A stretch of DNA of 50,683 nucleotides, the filler included, from Jimgerdemannia flammicorona (Eukaryota): assembly GCA_003990765.1 (NCBI GenBank). It is 2 parts of 2 records of this genome, joined end to end, with 100 filler letters (N's around TTAATTAATTAA, not from the genome) between each part and the next. Parts side by side here need not be neighbours in the genome. Positions count along the whole stretch, not along the records: positions 1 to 25,302 come from RBNJ01000854.1; 1 more part is not named here. One strand, written 5' to 3'. Positions 11,258-23,589 of this stretch are shown here, piece by piece (position 1 is the stretch's first letter; every line of letters starts with the position of its first letter). Below the pieces are notes generated by a model. That model had not been told where the DNA came from and did no database searches. It was given only the letters and a program-made list of their open reading frames with translations. The position numbers and the translations under genes are program-made.

Positions 11258-14200
11258 TTACAATTTGCAAACTAGAACCTCATGGGTGGTCATCATGTTT
11301 TGCTTCTCTTGTATAGGTTCATGGTATTTCTTGAGTCTATTCCTATGTACCATGGTAGGCAGTATGGTCCCTGAGATTTTTCTAAGTCAGAAGGTAGTTC
11401 CCTTGATATCTTGTACATAGAAGGGTTCTTCCCATTTGGGCTCCAGTTTTCGTGACCATGAGGCTTCTACCATATTGTGATACAGTAGAACCTTTTCTCC
11501 AATTCAGATGGGTTCTAGGGTCTTGTAATTCTTTTCCACATTCTTCCTTATCAGTGCTTATGACTTGGTGATGTAATCTTCAGCCTTCTTCCTGATTTGG
11601 TGTAGTCTCCAGATTTCTGCATCAACCTGTCTCCAAGTTAGGTCTAGATTTGTGGCTGAGGTTCTATCAGAATCTTCTTCTCCGAAGAGCAGCTCTCTTG
11701 GGGTAAAATGTGTACTCTGTGACTATATGTCTCATAGGACAGAGAGGGTGGTTGGGAGATAGTTATCCCAATTCTCATATATCTCTGAGATCTTCGCTAG
11801 GATGTTCTTGAGGGTCTTGTTGGTTCTTTCTGTCTGTTCATTTCCTTGAGGGTGGTACACAGTGGTCTTGATGTGCTGGATCTTATATTTCTGATACATT
11901 ATCTCATGAAATCCATTGACAAATTCCATTCCACAGTCTGTTGTGATTTGCTTTGGTGTCTTGATGATTTCTCAGTATAGGAAGTCAGCTATAGAGAGGA
12001 CATTGGCTTCTTGTAATACTCCTGACTCTATCCATTTGGTGAAGAGGTCTATAATAACTATAATATAGTGGTTTCCTGATAGTATTACTGGTAGTGGTTT
12101 AATGATATCCATTGTGATGTGGTGGAAGGGGATAGGCTCAATTCTTGATAACCTGGGTGCCTGGTCTTGCTGATCTTGTTTCTATTTTTGGCACTTATCA
12201 CACTCTTTGATAAATTGGTGCAGGTCTTCTTCCATCTTGGACCACCATATGGTTCTTCTTATCTTATTGTATGTGTTGATTCCTCCTAAGTATCCTTGCT
12301 CATGTACTTCCTTCATTACTTGATACTTCTTGTATTCAGGTATTACTAGTTTTCCTCCTTTTCTGAGTGTAGTGTTGTCTAATTCAAACTATTTCCAAGT
12401 CCGGTTGATGATGGTAATTGTCCAGGGTTCAAGGTGGTTGGGCATCTTCTGCTGCCCAAGGTGGCTGATTAATCCATAGTATAGCTCCTTATTCATGTTG
12501 AATAGTCTTGATGGGGGTGTTTCAGGGTATTCTCGAGAGTGCATCAGCATTGGTGTTGCTCTTTCCTGAGTGGTGCTTGACAGTACAGTCATACTCTTGC
12601 AGCCTGTAGATCCATCTGATATATATTCCTTTGGGGTTCAGAGTGTGGAATAGCCAGGCAAGAGCAGAATGGTCTGTTTGAATGGTGAAGTGTTTCCCAG
12701 CTAGGTAGTAGTGGAACTTATCTACTGCTCAGACTACTGCTAAGTATTCAAGCTTGTATGACTTGTAGTTCTGTTCTGCTCTGTGGGTACCTCAGCTTGC
12801 ATAGGAGATGATATATTTATGTCTGTCTTTCTTCTGAGCTAGGACTGCTCCAAGTCCTATAGTACTCGCATCTGTCTGCAGGATGAATTCTAGGTTCCAG
12901 TCTGGTCTTCTGAGGATGGGTGCTTGGGTCAATCTAGTCTTGAGTTTATTGAAGATTTCTTGGTGCTCCTTGGTCCATTCGAATTTGGTCTTCTTCTTCA
13001 GTAGCTTGTAGATAGATGCTGCAATGTTGGAGTATCCTTTGATGAATCTTCTGTAGTAGCTGGCCAGTCCAAGGAAGGCATGGACTTCTGTGGTTATTCT
13101 GGGTCTCAGGTAGGCTGCAATAGCCTTGATCTTCATGAGGTCTGTGTGGATTCTGGTCTGGTTGATGAGGTGTCCTAGGTAGGTGATTTCTTGAGCTGCA
13201 AACTTGCATTTCTTGGGCTTGATGTAGAGGTCATGCTCCTTGAGCCTCTTGAGGGCTAGCTGTATGTGATTGACATGTTCCCATGTAGTATTGCTGAAGA
13301 TGATCATATCATCAACATAGACAAAGAGCCATTTTCCAATCTCATTGCTGAAGACTCTGTTCATCATTTGCTGGAAACTTGCTAGGGCATTGCACATTTC
13401 AAATGGCATTCACAGATAGATATAGGTGGCATCAGGTGTAATGAAGGCTGATTTCTCACTGGCATCTTGAGTGAGACCGATCTAATGGAAGCCAGAGAAC
13501 AGATCCAAGGTGGTGTAGTATTTGGCTTTTCTTCCAAGAGTAGTAAGGATTTCTTGAATATTCGGCAAGGGCTGCCTATCCTTCTTGGTGATGGTATTGA
13601 GCTTCCTATAGTCAATGCAGAGTCTTGGCACAAACTCTCCAGGCTTGCTTTCTTTCTTTGGGGCTAGGACAATGGGTGAGGCCCAGGGGCTGATAGCTTG
13701 CTTGATGATTCCAGCTTCTTCCATTTCCTTGAGTTCTGCTTGTAGCCACTCTCTATAGGCAGGTGGTATGGGTCTGGTTTTCTGATAGATGGGCTTGGTA
13801 TCACCAGTGTCAACTTTGTGGTAGTACTTGGGTTCTTGATTGTGGATATCCCTAAAGTCTGTAGCAAGTACTCCTTCATTCTGGTGCAGGATCTTGAGAA
13901 GTTGTTCCTCCAGGGGAAAGTTTTCTCCAATGGTATATGTGTGCTTGTTTTGGTCCTTGTCTTTCTTATACTCAAGTTTGTAATCTTGGTGGTGGCATAG
14001 ACTCCTCTTCTAGTAGATCCAAAGCCTTATTCTCCTCTCTTGGTCTTGATGAGTTTGATGGCTTCTATGATCTTGGGCTTCTTGATTTCATGGATTAGCA
14101 TCTGGCCAATCCTGTCATGCTTCTTGACTTCGAAGGGGGTGGTGTAGTTGTGATTTCTGACTATGAGAAAGATCTTGCCAGTATAATCAGGGTCAATTAC

Positions 14201-16513
14201 TCCTCTTTCAACTGAGATTTCACTTTTGGCCAGACTGCTCCTAGTCTTGATGATTCTGGCATGGTTTTCTGACAGCTTGACTCCAATTCTGGTACCAAGT
14301 AGGGTGGTGGTCTGTGGTTCAAGGGTAGCATCTTGAATGCTAGCAAGGTCTATTCCTATGGCTCCTTCAGTTTTATATTCTAGGATCTTGGCTTCAGGGT
14401 GAAACTTCTTGACCTTGAGGGTGATGTCTGATTCTTGTTCCTCCTCATTGTCACTGTCAGCTTGAAGCTCTGGGGGCTGGTCATCTTCTTCGGCTTTCCT
14501 TTTTGCTTTGGCAGCTTCTTGCTTATGTTTCTGTTAGTGGATTTTCCTGACTTCACTGATACAGGACCAGCAGTCATTCAGGTATTCAGAGCAGTACATT
14601 CTAGTACCATGGGGGCATCTTCCTTAAGGGGCATAGCCATCAATGATCTTATTGTATCACTGCTCATCTGTGAGCTTGGGTGTCTTGCTCTTGTTCTTGT
14701 TTACTGAGTGCATGAAGACCTCTGTGTCTTCTTCATCTCCTTCCTCTATGTCTGGTAGGACTCCTTTGTGGACATTGATAGAGACTCATACCTTTCTTCC
14801 TCTGTAGTTAATCTGCATCTTCTAGGCATTGAGGTCAATGATGGCCTTGGCCTTGTGAAGCCATTGGTTGCCAATGAGAATATTATAGTTGGTGGTGCTT
14901 GTAACAATCACATCTACTGGGATGGTAGCTCCTCCTATCTTGATGGGGACTTCTCGAATTTTGCCAAGAGGGGTAGCTTGTATACCATCTGCTGTGACAT
15001 AGACTATCTTGGTGGACTCTTCAATATCCCAACCTAGGCAGTCAATTGCCTTCTTGCTCATTAGGCATCCTCCAGCACCAGTATCAATGATGGCATCAAA
15101 GATACAGTCTTTGATCTGGCAGGGGGTATAGGCTGATGTCTTGTGCTGGTCTTTGGATTCTTCACCTGAGTTCTTAGATTCTTTCTGTACATTGTGGGCT
15201 TCTACAATCTTGTACTCTTGATTCTTGGTGGTAGTTGCAAGTCCTACTCTCAACTGTTGTCTGAAGGCAGGAACTTCAGCTAGCTGTCCAAAAGTGGCAT
15301 TGACCTTCTGTTCCTTAAGGTCCTTGTAGATATCATACTGGTGGATCTTGGTCTTATGCAGCTTCTGTTCCTTCTTGCTTTCGCTTTCTCCTGAGACTGG
15401 AGTAGTGCCTTCTATGATTTGGCAGACAGCTTCATCTAACTCCATGTCTTGATCAATCTCCTCAGGTTGAGTTTTGCTTTAAATAGTGACAGCTGGGGTC
15501 TTCTTTGGTCTTCCAACTGGCTTGCTGTTGCTCTTCTTGTCATAGGGCTTGGACCAGATTCTGGTACCTTCAGTAGCAGGGTAGAATTCGAGCTCCTCAT
15601 AGTATTCTTCATCATCAGTGTCACCAATCTCCTCGATGACTACTGCATTGGTTTGTTCTCTGGTTCTGCTAGCATTGCTTGGTTGGGCTTTGCATCTTAT
15701 TTTGGTCATGCAACTCTTTGCATAGTGGCCTTCTTCTCTATATCTAAAGCATGTGATATTGCATTCTTCTGTAGCAGCTACAAATCTCTGCACTGGTCTC
15801 CTGTTAGCACTTCGGACTTCTCTAACAACATTACTAAGATATATAGTTATCTCAGCAAACTACTTGGCGAGTTCTTCCACTGGATCAGCTTTGGCTGTCT
15901 TGGGGTAGGTGGGGTTGGTTGTCTATTTACGACTATGCCAGGTAAGATACTAGTTGGCTTTGATGGCTCCATCTTGATGCCAGTTATTTTCTCCATTGAG
16001 TGTTTGACAGGGTGTCTGGCAGTCCAATATCTCTATGCAAAGACCACTTTCTGATCAAGGATCAGTGCAGCTGGGGTAGACTAGATTGCTAGAGCAATTT
16101 CAGGGTGAACTCCTTTGAGGAAGGTTGAATCTGCTATTTGTTCCTTGAGGTGGTCATCATAGCCAGCCAAGACAATCTGGTGGCAAATTTAGGTATAGAA
16201 TAAGTTGGGATCTTCACTAAGTCTCTGGCAGATAGTATTGAGTTGATCCTTGAGAGCTTGCTTGATCTCTTCAGTATAATATATTGTTCTGAGAAAGACC
16301 TTCATGTTGGTAAGTTTGGCTGCACCAGCATCAGTAATGGTGGCTACATTGAACTTGTCTCTGGCAGATCCTCTAAGGCTGACTGGTAGAAGAGCCAATT
16401 GAGCATCCACACCAAGAGCTCGTATAGTGGCAAATTGTTCAAAGTCTTCAATGAAGGTCAGGATTGACTCTTCAGTAGTATATCTATAGAATGTGGGGGG
16501 GATGCATTTCCAT
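11258..16513 (-). pseudogene. gag-pol polyprotein of element B
   Basis: Starts MEMHPPTFY; zinc knuckle CFRYREEGHYAKSC; PR AIIDTGAG; RT RLCIDYRKLN, LDLFSGFH, YVDD; RH LQTDASTIGLGAVL; IN YHPQGNEQTERTN and KLEPKWEEPF; many transition-type stops. Confidence 0.95.
14009..14419 (-). pseudogene. dUTPase domain of element B, between PR and RT
   Basis: One frame reads LKVKKFHPEAKIL..GAIGIDL..RSSLA..GVIDPDYTGKI..DRIGQML..RGE*GFGST, i.e. all five dUTPase motifs, in frame with PR. Confidence 0.95.
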
Positions 16514-16613
16514 CTTGTCTTGAATTCTTGCAGGGGTGACTCTTATAGTCAGGGTAGTTGTTGTAGGGATTGTTCATTTTTCAGCTTGAAAGTGAGGGAT
16601 TCATCTTGAATCA

Positions 16614-16630
16614 CCAGTCAATGGGCACCA
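16614..16630 (-). promoter_or_regulatory. Putative primer-binding site of element B
   Basis: TGGTGCCCATTGACTGG begins 3 nt after the CA end of the 5' LTR; the tRNA is not identified. Confidence 0.6.
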
Positions 16631-16633
16631 AGT

Positions 16634-18173
16634 TGTCACGTAGTGGTCGCTGAGTCCTTCAAATATACCAGATTCTCTTCAAGGTGTATCTCTTAGACTA
16701 ACTCAAGTTTGTTATAAGCAAGTTCTTATTGGAGTGCCTTCCTGAGGTCTTATAGTCCTCAAACTTCTTATCTTTAACTGTCTTGTTATCTCTTAGATTG
16801 CTTGTAAGAAAGTATGTATATTATACTGAGAAGACTGACTTTATTTCAGAGAAAATAAGAGGGGTATTTATACAAAATACAATTCAATGGTTGCTAAGAT
16901 ATAAAGCTAAATATAAATTCCAATAACTAAAACTACTAAGTTCCAGGGTTGGTACTGATGGTTGTATAGGTTCAGAATGCTGGCATTATTTAGTGTTACA
17001 TCAAAATGCCAGTGCTGGAACAATTTCGCATCACCTCAGAATACCAGTGCTGGCATTATCCAGTATTATATGAGAATACCAGTGCTGGCATTATCCAGTG
17101 TAACAAAGAACTTAGAGCAGAAAGTTCAGGATCATGAGGGCTTTATCATCATCATCACTGAAGGAGATAAGATCCGCAAATTCGTCATACAGGTCATGTG
17201 TTTCGCATACCTCGATGTTGCGCAGAATGACATCATCACCGATGACATCATCATGTTCAGCTGTGGTGGGGAAATCAGGAACAAGATCTGGAGCTCTCTA
17301 GTCTATAAGGTTCTCTTCCACAAAATAAGGGACAAATGTGGGGCCTTAGAGAGATCTAACCCGAATGCTTGGGCCTTGGAATACTGAGATTAATCCTTGT
17401 AGGAATTGGTCTGAGTTGTTCTGAAGGATAGGATGCCAGAAGTTTTCTACTTCTTTACTGTTGAGGGTGATAGTGAACTGGGCTTCTGTAGTCACTTTGG
17501 CTTCTAGTGTATTGATAAGGCAGGATAACAGGTCTCTGAAGTCTGAGACTCTAACATACTCCAAGTTGGGGATCGACTATGGTACATGCCTGAAGATCTG
17601 ATGGATCTTCTTAGCTATCCTCGTTTCATGTATATCTATGGGAGTGGCATATTGTTGCTCTTGGGTGCTGGCCTGTGGGAACTCCCAGCAGAGAAGGTTT
17701 CCTATTTTGTACTCCTGCCACATTTGGAGGCATTCAGTAGCAATGGTGATCCTTGTTTCCATTTCGTGGCAGTAGAGAATAAAGTGATAAGGGTCTGCAG
17801 TACCCAGATTGATGCTAGGAGTCCTTCTTGAGTGGGTTTCCATGGCTCTTCTGATATCTTAGAACATCCTTTTCTCAACTGAGATACCTTGGTGATTCCT
17901 TGACCTTGAGGTTTGGCGGGCAGCAGGCATTTTTATTTGTGGTAAGTCTTTGAGTTATTTTGGGATTGGTGGTTCTTGTTGGTTGCTACTACTGCAGTTC
18001 CTTGATCCTTCTTTTATATTCTTCAGGATGCTTATACTGTAGTCACAATGACTCATAGTTAGTCATCATTACTTATCTTATATGCTGTATGATCTTCTTG
18101 TGCTTTGATCTGGTGGCTTGCAAGGAAAGGCTGTCTCCTATACTGATGTCATCATTCTGGGGTCACCATTACA
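16634..18173 (-). repeat. 5' LTR of element B (1540 bp)
   Basis: Direct repeat of 8229-9733 with one extra ~35 bp tandem unit at ~17040-17075. Confidence 0.95.
17112..17930 (-). pseudogene. LTR-encoded ORF, 272 codons (second copy at 8672-9486)
   Basis: MPAARQTSRS...ALMILNFLL*; its four internal stops are CAA, TGG, CAA and TGG in the other LTR copy. Confidence 0.8.
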
Positions 18174-19898
18174 CTATAAATATATCTCAAAAATAGACTA
18201 AAGATGCTAAAAATAGTATAAGACTAAATTAGTCTATAACTATATTGATGTTATAAGCTAAAATAGTCTATAATATTATAGAAACTAGAGTATATATATC
18301 AAAATTAGCCTACTAATATTATTAGCCCTCTAATGTCAGAAGCTAGTAAGATCTTTAAGATTAGTGACTTCATGAGCTAAACTAAACTATAACAAGTAAT
18401 GAAATTATAGTTATTATATACTAAAATAGTTTATTTAGTAAATAAATAAAAGATCAACAATTAGCTTTAGAAAATAATCAATCAAATAGTCATGCAAACT
18501 TATAAACATATACTCTAAAAAAGTAAAACTAAAATATAAACAAATTATGCTCTCTCTTTTTAAATATATCTATGAAGTCCTCTGGAAAGCAGTCTTTAAT
18601 TATTAATACTAATACTATTGGGAATATGTTAATCTTAATATTTATATATGATATAAAGTAGTTTTTAAAAACTGCTGATGAAATTATTACTAGAATATAA
18701 TCAGTTATAAGATACTTCCAAATATTAAGAAACTACTAAACTGATAGACTTTTAGTAAAGAGTAGTATGATCTTATCAGAGGTGGTAGATTAATATAATA
18801 TCTCTATATTTAGATAATATATTTTGATTTATATTTATTAATTACTCTGAAAAATATTCTATACTATTAGTAGTATAAAAGAAATAACTCCTGCAGAAAT
18901 TGATAGTCTTAATAATTAATTGATAGGTCAAATTGAGCTAAATCTTATAAATAACTTTAATCTATAAGAGTATTATAATGATAATGCTTAGTTATGTAAA
19001 AATAATATCTTTAATAGACTCATTATTCTATTTCAAACACTCACTTCTCAGATCCAGATATCTATAAATATCTAGCTATAGAGATTTTCTATACTAGCTA
19101 ATATGAGACTAGTCTCACTAGTATCTATATTATTATCTGAGATTATAAGATCAGAACTAGACTCTAAAAAGTCTAGTACTATATCATCTAAATCTGAGAC
19201 TCTAGAGAAGGTCTTAATCTCTTTTATAGAAGTCTGTTACTACTATATAATATAATACATTATATCATAAAGTCTTAGTCAAAATTTAGAATAATTATCT
19301 CATAGTTAGTATATAAAATAATATCATAAAATAGCATTATTATAACTTAGTAATATCATTATTATACATAGTATAAATTTTATCTCATTTCTAGTAACCT
19401 TCTGTCTCATATCTCTTAGCCAATAGTTAGTTAATATTCAAAGATCTTCAAAATATATAAATATCCCTAGAGAAGCAACTCAATAAAAGACAAAATATTC
19501 AATTTGAAAAAAGAGAACAATTAAGACTTAAGTCTATAATATAGATAATCTTTGAATGATCTTAGATTAAAAGACTATATCTAAATTAGATATCCTAAAC
19601 TCTATAAATACTTAAACTCTGAAGGATCTAAATATAATTATTAGAACTAAACTATATTTAAAAAAGATATACTAAAAGACTTAGACTTTAAAGAATTAAA
19701 ATCCATAATTGTCAAATGTTATCTAAGTCTACCAGAAGAAGACTGGATCAATTAGAAGTACAACAGACAGTGCTTAGATATTAAGACAGCCATTTTCTCA
19801 AACTAAAGACACCTGACATAAGTGCTTTTAAGTTATTGATAATAAGGATCATTAACTTAAAGAGTATAATTACCATAACAGTGAAGATACACTATTAT

Positions 19899-20090
19899 AT
19901 TATAGCTCTCATCACAACTTTTATTATAGCCCTCATTGTAATTCTCATTATAGTTATTATTATAGTTCTCATTGTAGCCCTTATTGTAGTCCTTATTATA
20001 GTTCTCATTATAGCTCTCATTATAGCTCTTGTTATAGTTTTTATTTTAGCCCTCATTACAGTTCTTATTATAGTCCTTACTATAGCCTTT
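19899..20090. repeat. Degenerate 12 bp tandem repeat (atagccctcatt) inside an unassigned decayed repeat region
   Basis: About 16 units visible; explains the hydrophobic ORF 19836-20132. Confidence 0.85.
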
Positions 20091-21939
20091 CTAATTGTTT
20101 CATTGCTCTCAAAATCTGTTATTTATATATAACATAGTTAGTAATCTCAACAATCTATTCTTTATATTACTTATACTACTGCATGTACAGAGCACCCGGT
20201 CATAGCAATATCTCTGAGCAATCTGTATTAGCAATCTGCAAGAAGCGTGAATGAAACGTCCGACAGTATTACTACAATCCCCAACCTCGGTGGAAGAAAT
20301 ATAAAATCAACGCCTTTGTCAAGGAAAGGGCATGGCGTTGTTGCTTTGGATGCGAAGCCCGAACATGTCTCCTGTCTTCCTGACGCTGTTGGAATGGCTA
20401 TTATTCTATGCATTGGTTCATATTATCATTAGGTGAGCATTGGTCTATAATGCTTACTCTCTTAATTATTCGAGCTCATCAACAGCCAACAGCTCCGTAG
20501 GCATCCCACATCATCTCGAGTCTAGTATTGTTAACTGGCATTTTGGGAGCTGCCCGTAACGACTAGATTTCACTTGGCCACTTCATCATGATGCGCGTGT
20601 GGTTGGTCTTGGCCAATCAGCATCATCAGCATCATCAGCATCGCCATCCCCATCCCATGAAACTCCCCCAATCTATAAAAACCCCCAGGGTTCTTGAACT
20701 AATTTTCCATTGCTAGAGTGCCTGTTTGCTGGTGTAGTTGGAAACAAGTTTCTCGAATAGAAACGAATTTTTAGCATAGTGAACTCGTTTGTTGTTATAG
20801 TGTAATCTGTATGGGTTTGTTGTTACAGCGTTATGTTTGTGACATTGGTTTTTGGGGCTCTGCTCCTTGACTTAAGTTGGTTTGTCTTGGCTTCAGATGA
20901 GAAATCGGGTGACTGCAAAACCACAAACAAATACAGCATCAAACAACTACATAATTACCTGGTCTATGGCCGTAATCCAACCGAACGCCCCTTCACAGAC
21001 ATTAATTTGAGGGACATCTAATACGTGACTATCGGATGGCTGCTCACGGAGCGTATTAGGGCGGTAACAAGAATATGAAATCCTGCGACAGGCCAATATG
21101 CCCAATACTTTGCAACCGCTATCGGGACCGGAAAACGGCCGCGAAAAGAAAATTATATGGGTTTTCGAAGAGGCGCCGGAGAATTGTTACTGTGCACTAA
21201 TTATACTACATCTATTATTATTGTTTTGTCTTCATCCAACCAGCACTGTGTAAATATGCAAAGCCATTTCGTTTTTATTTCATTATATTGGTTTAGTGCT
21301 GCCGGAAAATGCCCTCAATGGTATCCTGATTATCGAGCGCCTCCGCGATACTAGATAGATTGTGGGACTTTATGCATGAGAGGTTGTTTGGTGCATGGCA
21401 TAGTGGCCAATATTAAGAAGGGGAAGAGGCTCAAGGAGATGCTGGGGAAGGACACCGATGTGGAGATGATGAACCTTGAGAGAGGACCGTGCTGGTGAGG
21501 TACAATTCGCCGGCGAGTTCTTGAAATGAGACACGGTTGAAATGTGTCATCGCATCGGACACCCTATCATTCCCCTCCAATCTTGAGCCCGTAAGCAAAT
21601 TTTTATTCGGAGTTTGGGCCAACGTGCGTGTGCTTGTCAAAGTCCTGACCTTCGTAGCATCTTTCTGCTCGGAATTCTTGCTCAAATGATAGATATGGAT
21701 GGTCTCTTGTGCAGGCGCAGGAGTGGTACAGGACCTGAAACAAATAATGGTGATGTCAGCCCAAAGCCTGCTCCGCTAATTACTCCCTCTTTCGCTTTGC
21801 AGAATGCCTGGGTGCTATTACGACAGCCCACGCAAACTCGCATGGCACCCACACGAATCTTGCCAAACCCACGTGAATCGTAATGACCTGCATACGACCA
21901 TGGCAACAGTTGTCTTCATATATAACAGCTGACCAGATA

Positions 21940-22270
21940 CGTGCGAGCTGGCTGGGCTAGCGTGCTGGCTGGTGATATATGTGTGGCGGCACACAGGCTG
22001 GCGAGATGCGTGCAGGCTGGTGAATTGCATACGGACTGCCGAGATGCATGCGGGCTGGCGAGATGCGACTCTTGCCGCTCTCAAATCTGTTCATATGTTA
22101 AACATTCTTAAGGGTTTATTCAATAAACTAGCATAATCATTGGTACCTCCAATCGCTCTTCTACGGAGTGGGCAGGCGTATGGGCTAGTGAGATGGACGC
22201 ATGTGGGGCTAGCGAGATGCGGGTGAGATGCATGCGGACTTGCAAGGCGCATTTGGGCTGGCGACATGGT
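21940..22270. repeat. Degenerate ~19 bp repeats (gggctggcgagatgcatgc) in two clusters
   Basis: Units at ~21945-22070 and ~22180-22268; CpG is retained. Confidence 0.6.
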
Positions 22271-22845
22271 TGTGTGGGCTTACATGCCAGCACTGTGTGA
22301 AGCATGGCGTACAGCTATGTGATGAATTCAAGTTCACGATCAGTGCATGTTCGCTTATCCTCAGACAACGACATTGGTTACGAGGGGACGCAGCCTTTGA
22401 AGAAAAATGTGCCTTGACCGAGTTGAATCCTCGCCCCTATGTAAAGTGTAATGAATAATCAAGCCCACGATTTGCGAGTGTTCGTTCACTTTGTTCATCT
22501 TATCGGGTTTGATATGATTGGTTTGTGGCAGAATTAATGGCCGAAACCTTTTTTTGATTCTTGGCCATAGCAATAGCGTCGATCACGCCATGTCAGACTG
22601 ATGAAATACCGAGCTCTGTACGGTTAAGGTGAGAAATTTTCCCTTTTGGAGTTGTGGGGAGGATGTTGGGAGACAAGCGTAAACGACACAGCCGCTCCAT
22701 AACGACGCAATTGAGCAGACCAACACGATCACCAAGCACGAATGCGTCTGACGCGAAAAAAAAAAAAAAAAAGCGTGTTCAAGGAAGCACCGCGCAGACG
22801 GCTATATACATATGTATACGTGACGCGAGGCCTCCTGTCGCACAA

Positions 22846-23560
22846 CATGGATGCTATCTCACTTGCTCTATATCTTGTCATGCATATGGCACAGGTGGTA
22901 GATACAAGTAATATTATTCTTTCCTCATTCAATAGCTAACCACTTGAGTCATATTCTGTCATGAATGTGCACACACCTGGATCAAGGGCAATAACCCCTG
23001 CACCAAAATTAGGATCTTGGCTCTCAGCCTACACATCAAGTAGCATAGAAATACAGAGATAGAATTCACTGAGACAATTCATCACAAGCTGACTACCATA
23101 TTCAATATTAGCTGGTAAAGGCTCAGTAGCTCTCATATTGAGGAGAAAAGCAAATTTATTACAAGATTTTCCCAGTGCTTAGAAAGTAATATAATTGACT
23201 GCTGAGAGTCCTTCTTTATGTAAGACTTTATCTGAAAACTCTTCTGATCAGTAGTAAAGTTTGATATATATCTCTTGAGAAGATCATTCATGGTCTTATC
23301 ACAGATATCATATAGTATCTTCAGAATTTACTTATTATTGTTATTGAAGTTAGAGATATTGAGATATATATACTATACTTACAGATCCTTCTTATAATAC
23401 TTTATATCTTTATTTTGAATTATAGTAAGATACTGATTATAAGTTAACTGTGCTATCTTTATTTATGTTCAGAGTTTTGCTACTCATTATAAATAGAGAA
23501 AAGTCAGATATATCAAACTTTATCTATTAGAGATTTTTCTTCTTTTATCTTTTTTTTTAA
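22846..23560 (-). pseudogene. Fanzor2/TnpB-like RNA-guided nuclease, N-terminal half up to RuvC-I and the following helix; C-terminus missing
   Basis: Minus frames read TYNQYL..ILKILYDICDKTMNDLLKRYISNF..KKDSQQSIILLSKHW..EPLPANIEYGSQLVMNCLSEFYLCISM..GVIALDPGVCTFMTEYD (22948-22998)..AIE*GKNNITCIYHLCHMHDKI*SK. Confidence 0.8.
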
Positions 23561-23589
23561 AAGTCTTAGACTTTTTTTAGTATTCTCTC

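Larger units (their letters stand above)
8229..18173 (-). mobile_element. Full-length Ty3/gypsy element B (gag-PR-dUTPase-RT-RH-IN, no chromodomain seen)
   Basis: Paired LTRs 8229-9733 and 16634-18173 (TG..CA); PBS-like tggtgcccattgactgg just inside the 5' LTR; PPT aggaagaaga abutting the 3' LTR; gag-pol motifs all present. Confidence 0.95.

Noticed and set aside
16962..17387. Plus-strand 141 aa ORF in the LTR
   Set aside because: Antisense to the better-supported minus-strand LTR ORF and partly made of tandem repeats.
19836..20132. Hydrophobic 98 aa ORF as a membrane protein
   Set aside because: Translation artefact of a 12 bp tandem repeat.
20247..20432. GHGVVALDAKP as a second RuvC-I-like motif
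   Set aside because: Lacks PG..TF and any flanking Fanzor similarity; probably chance.
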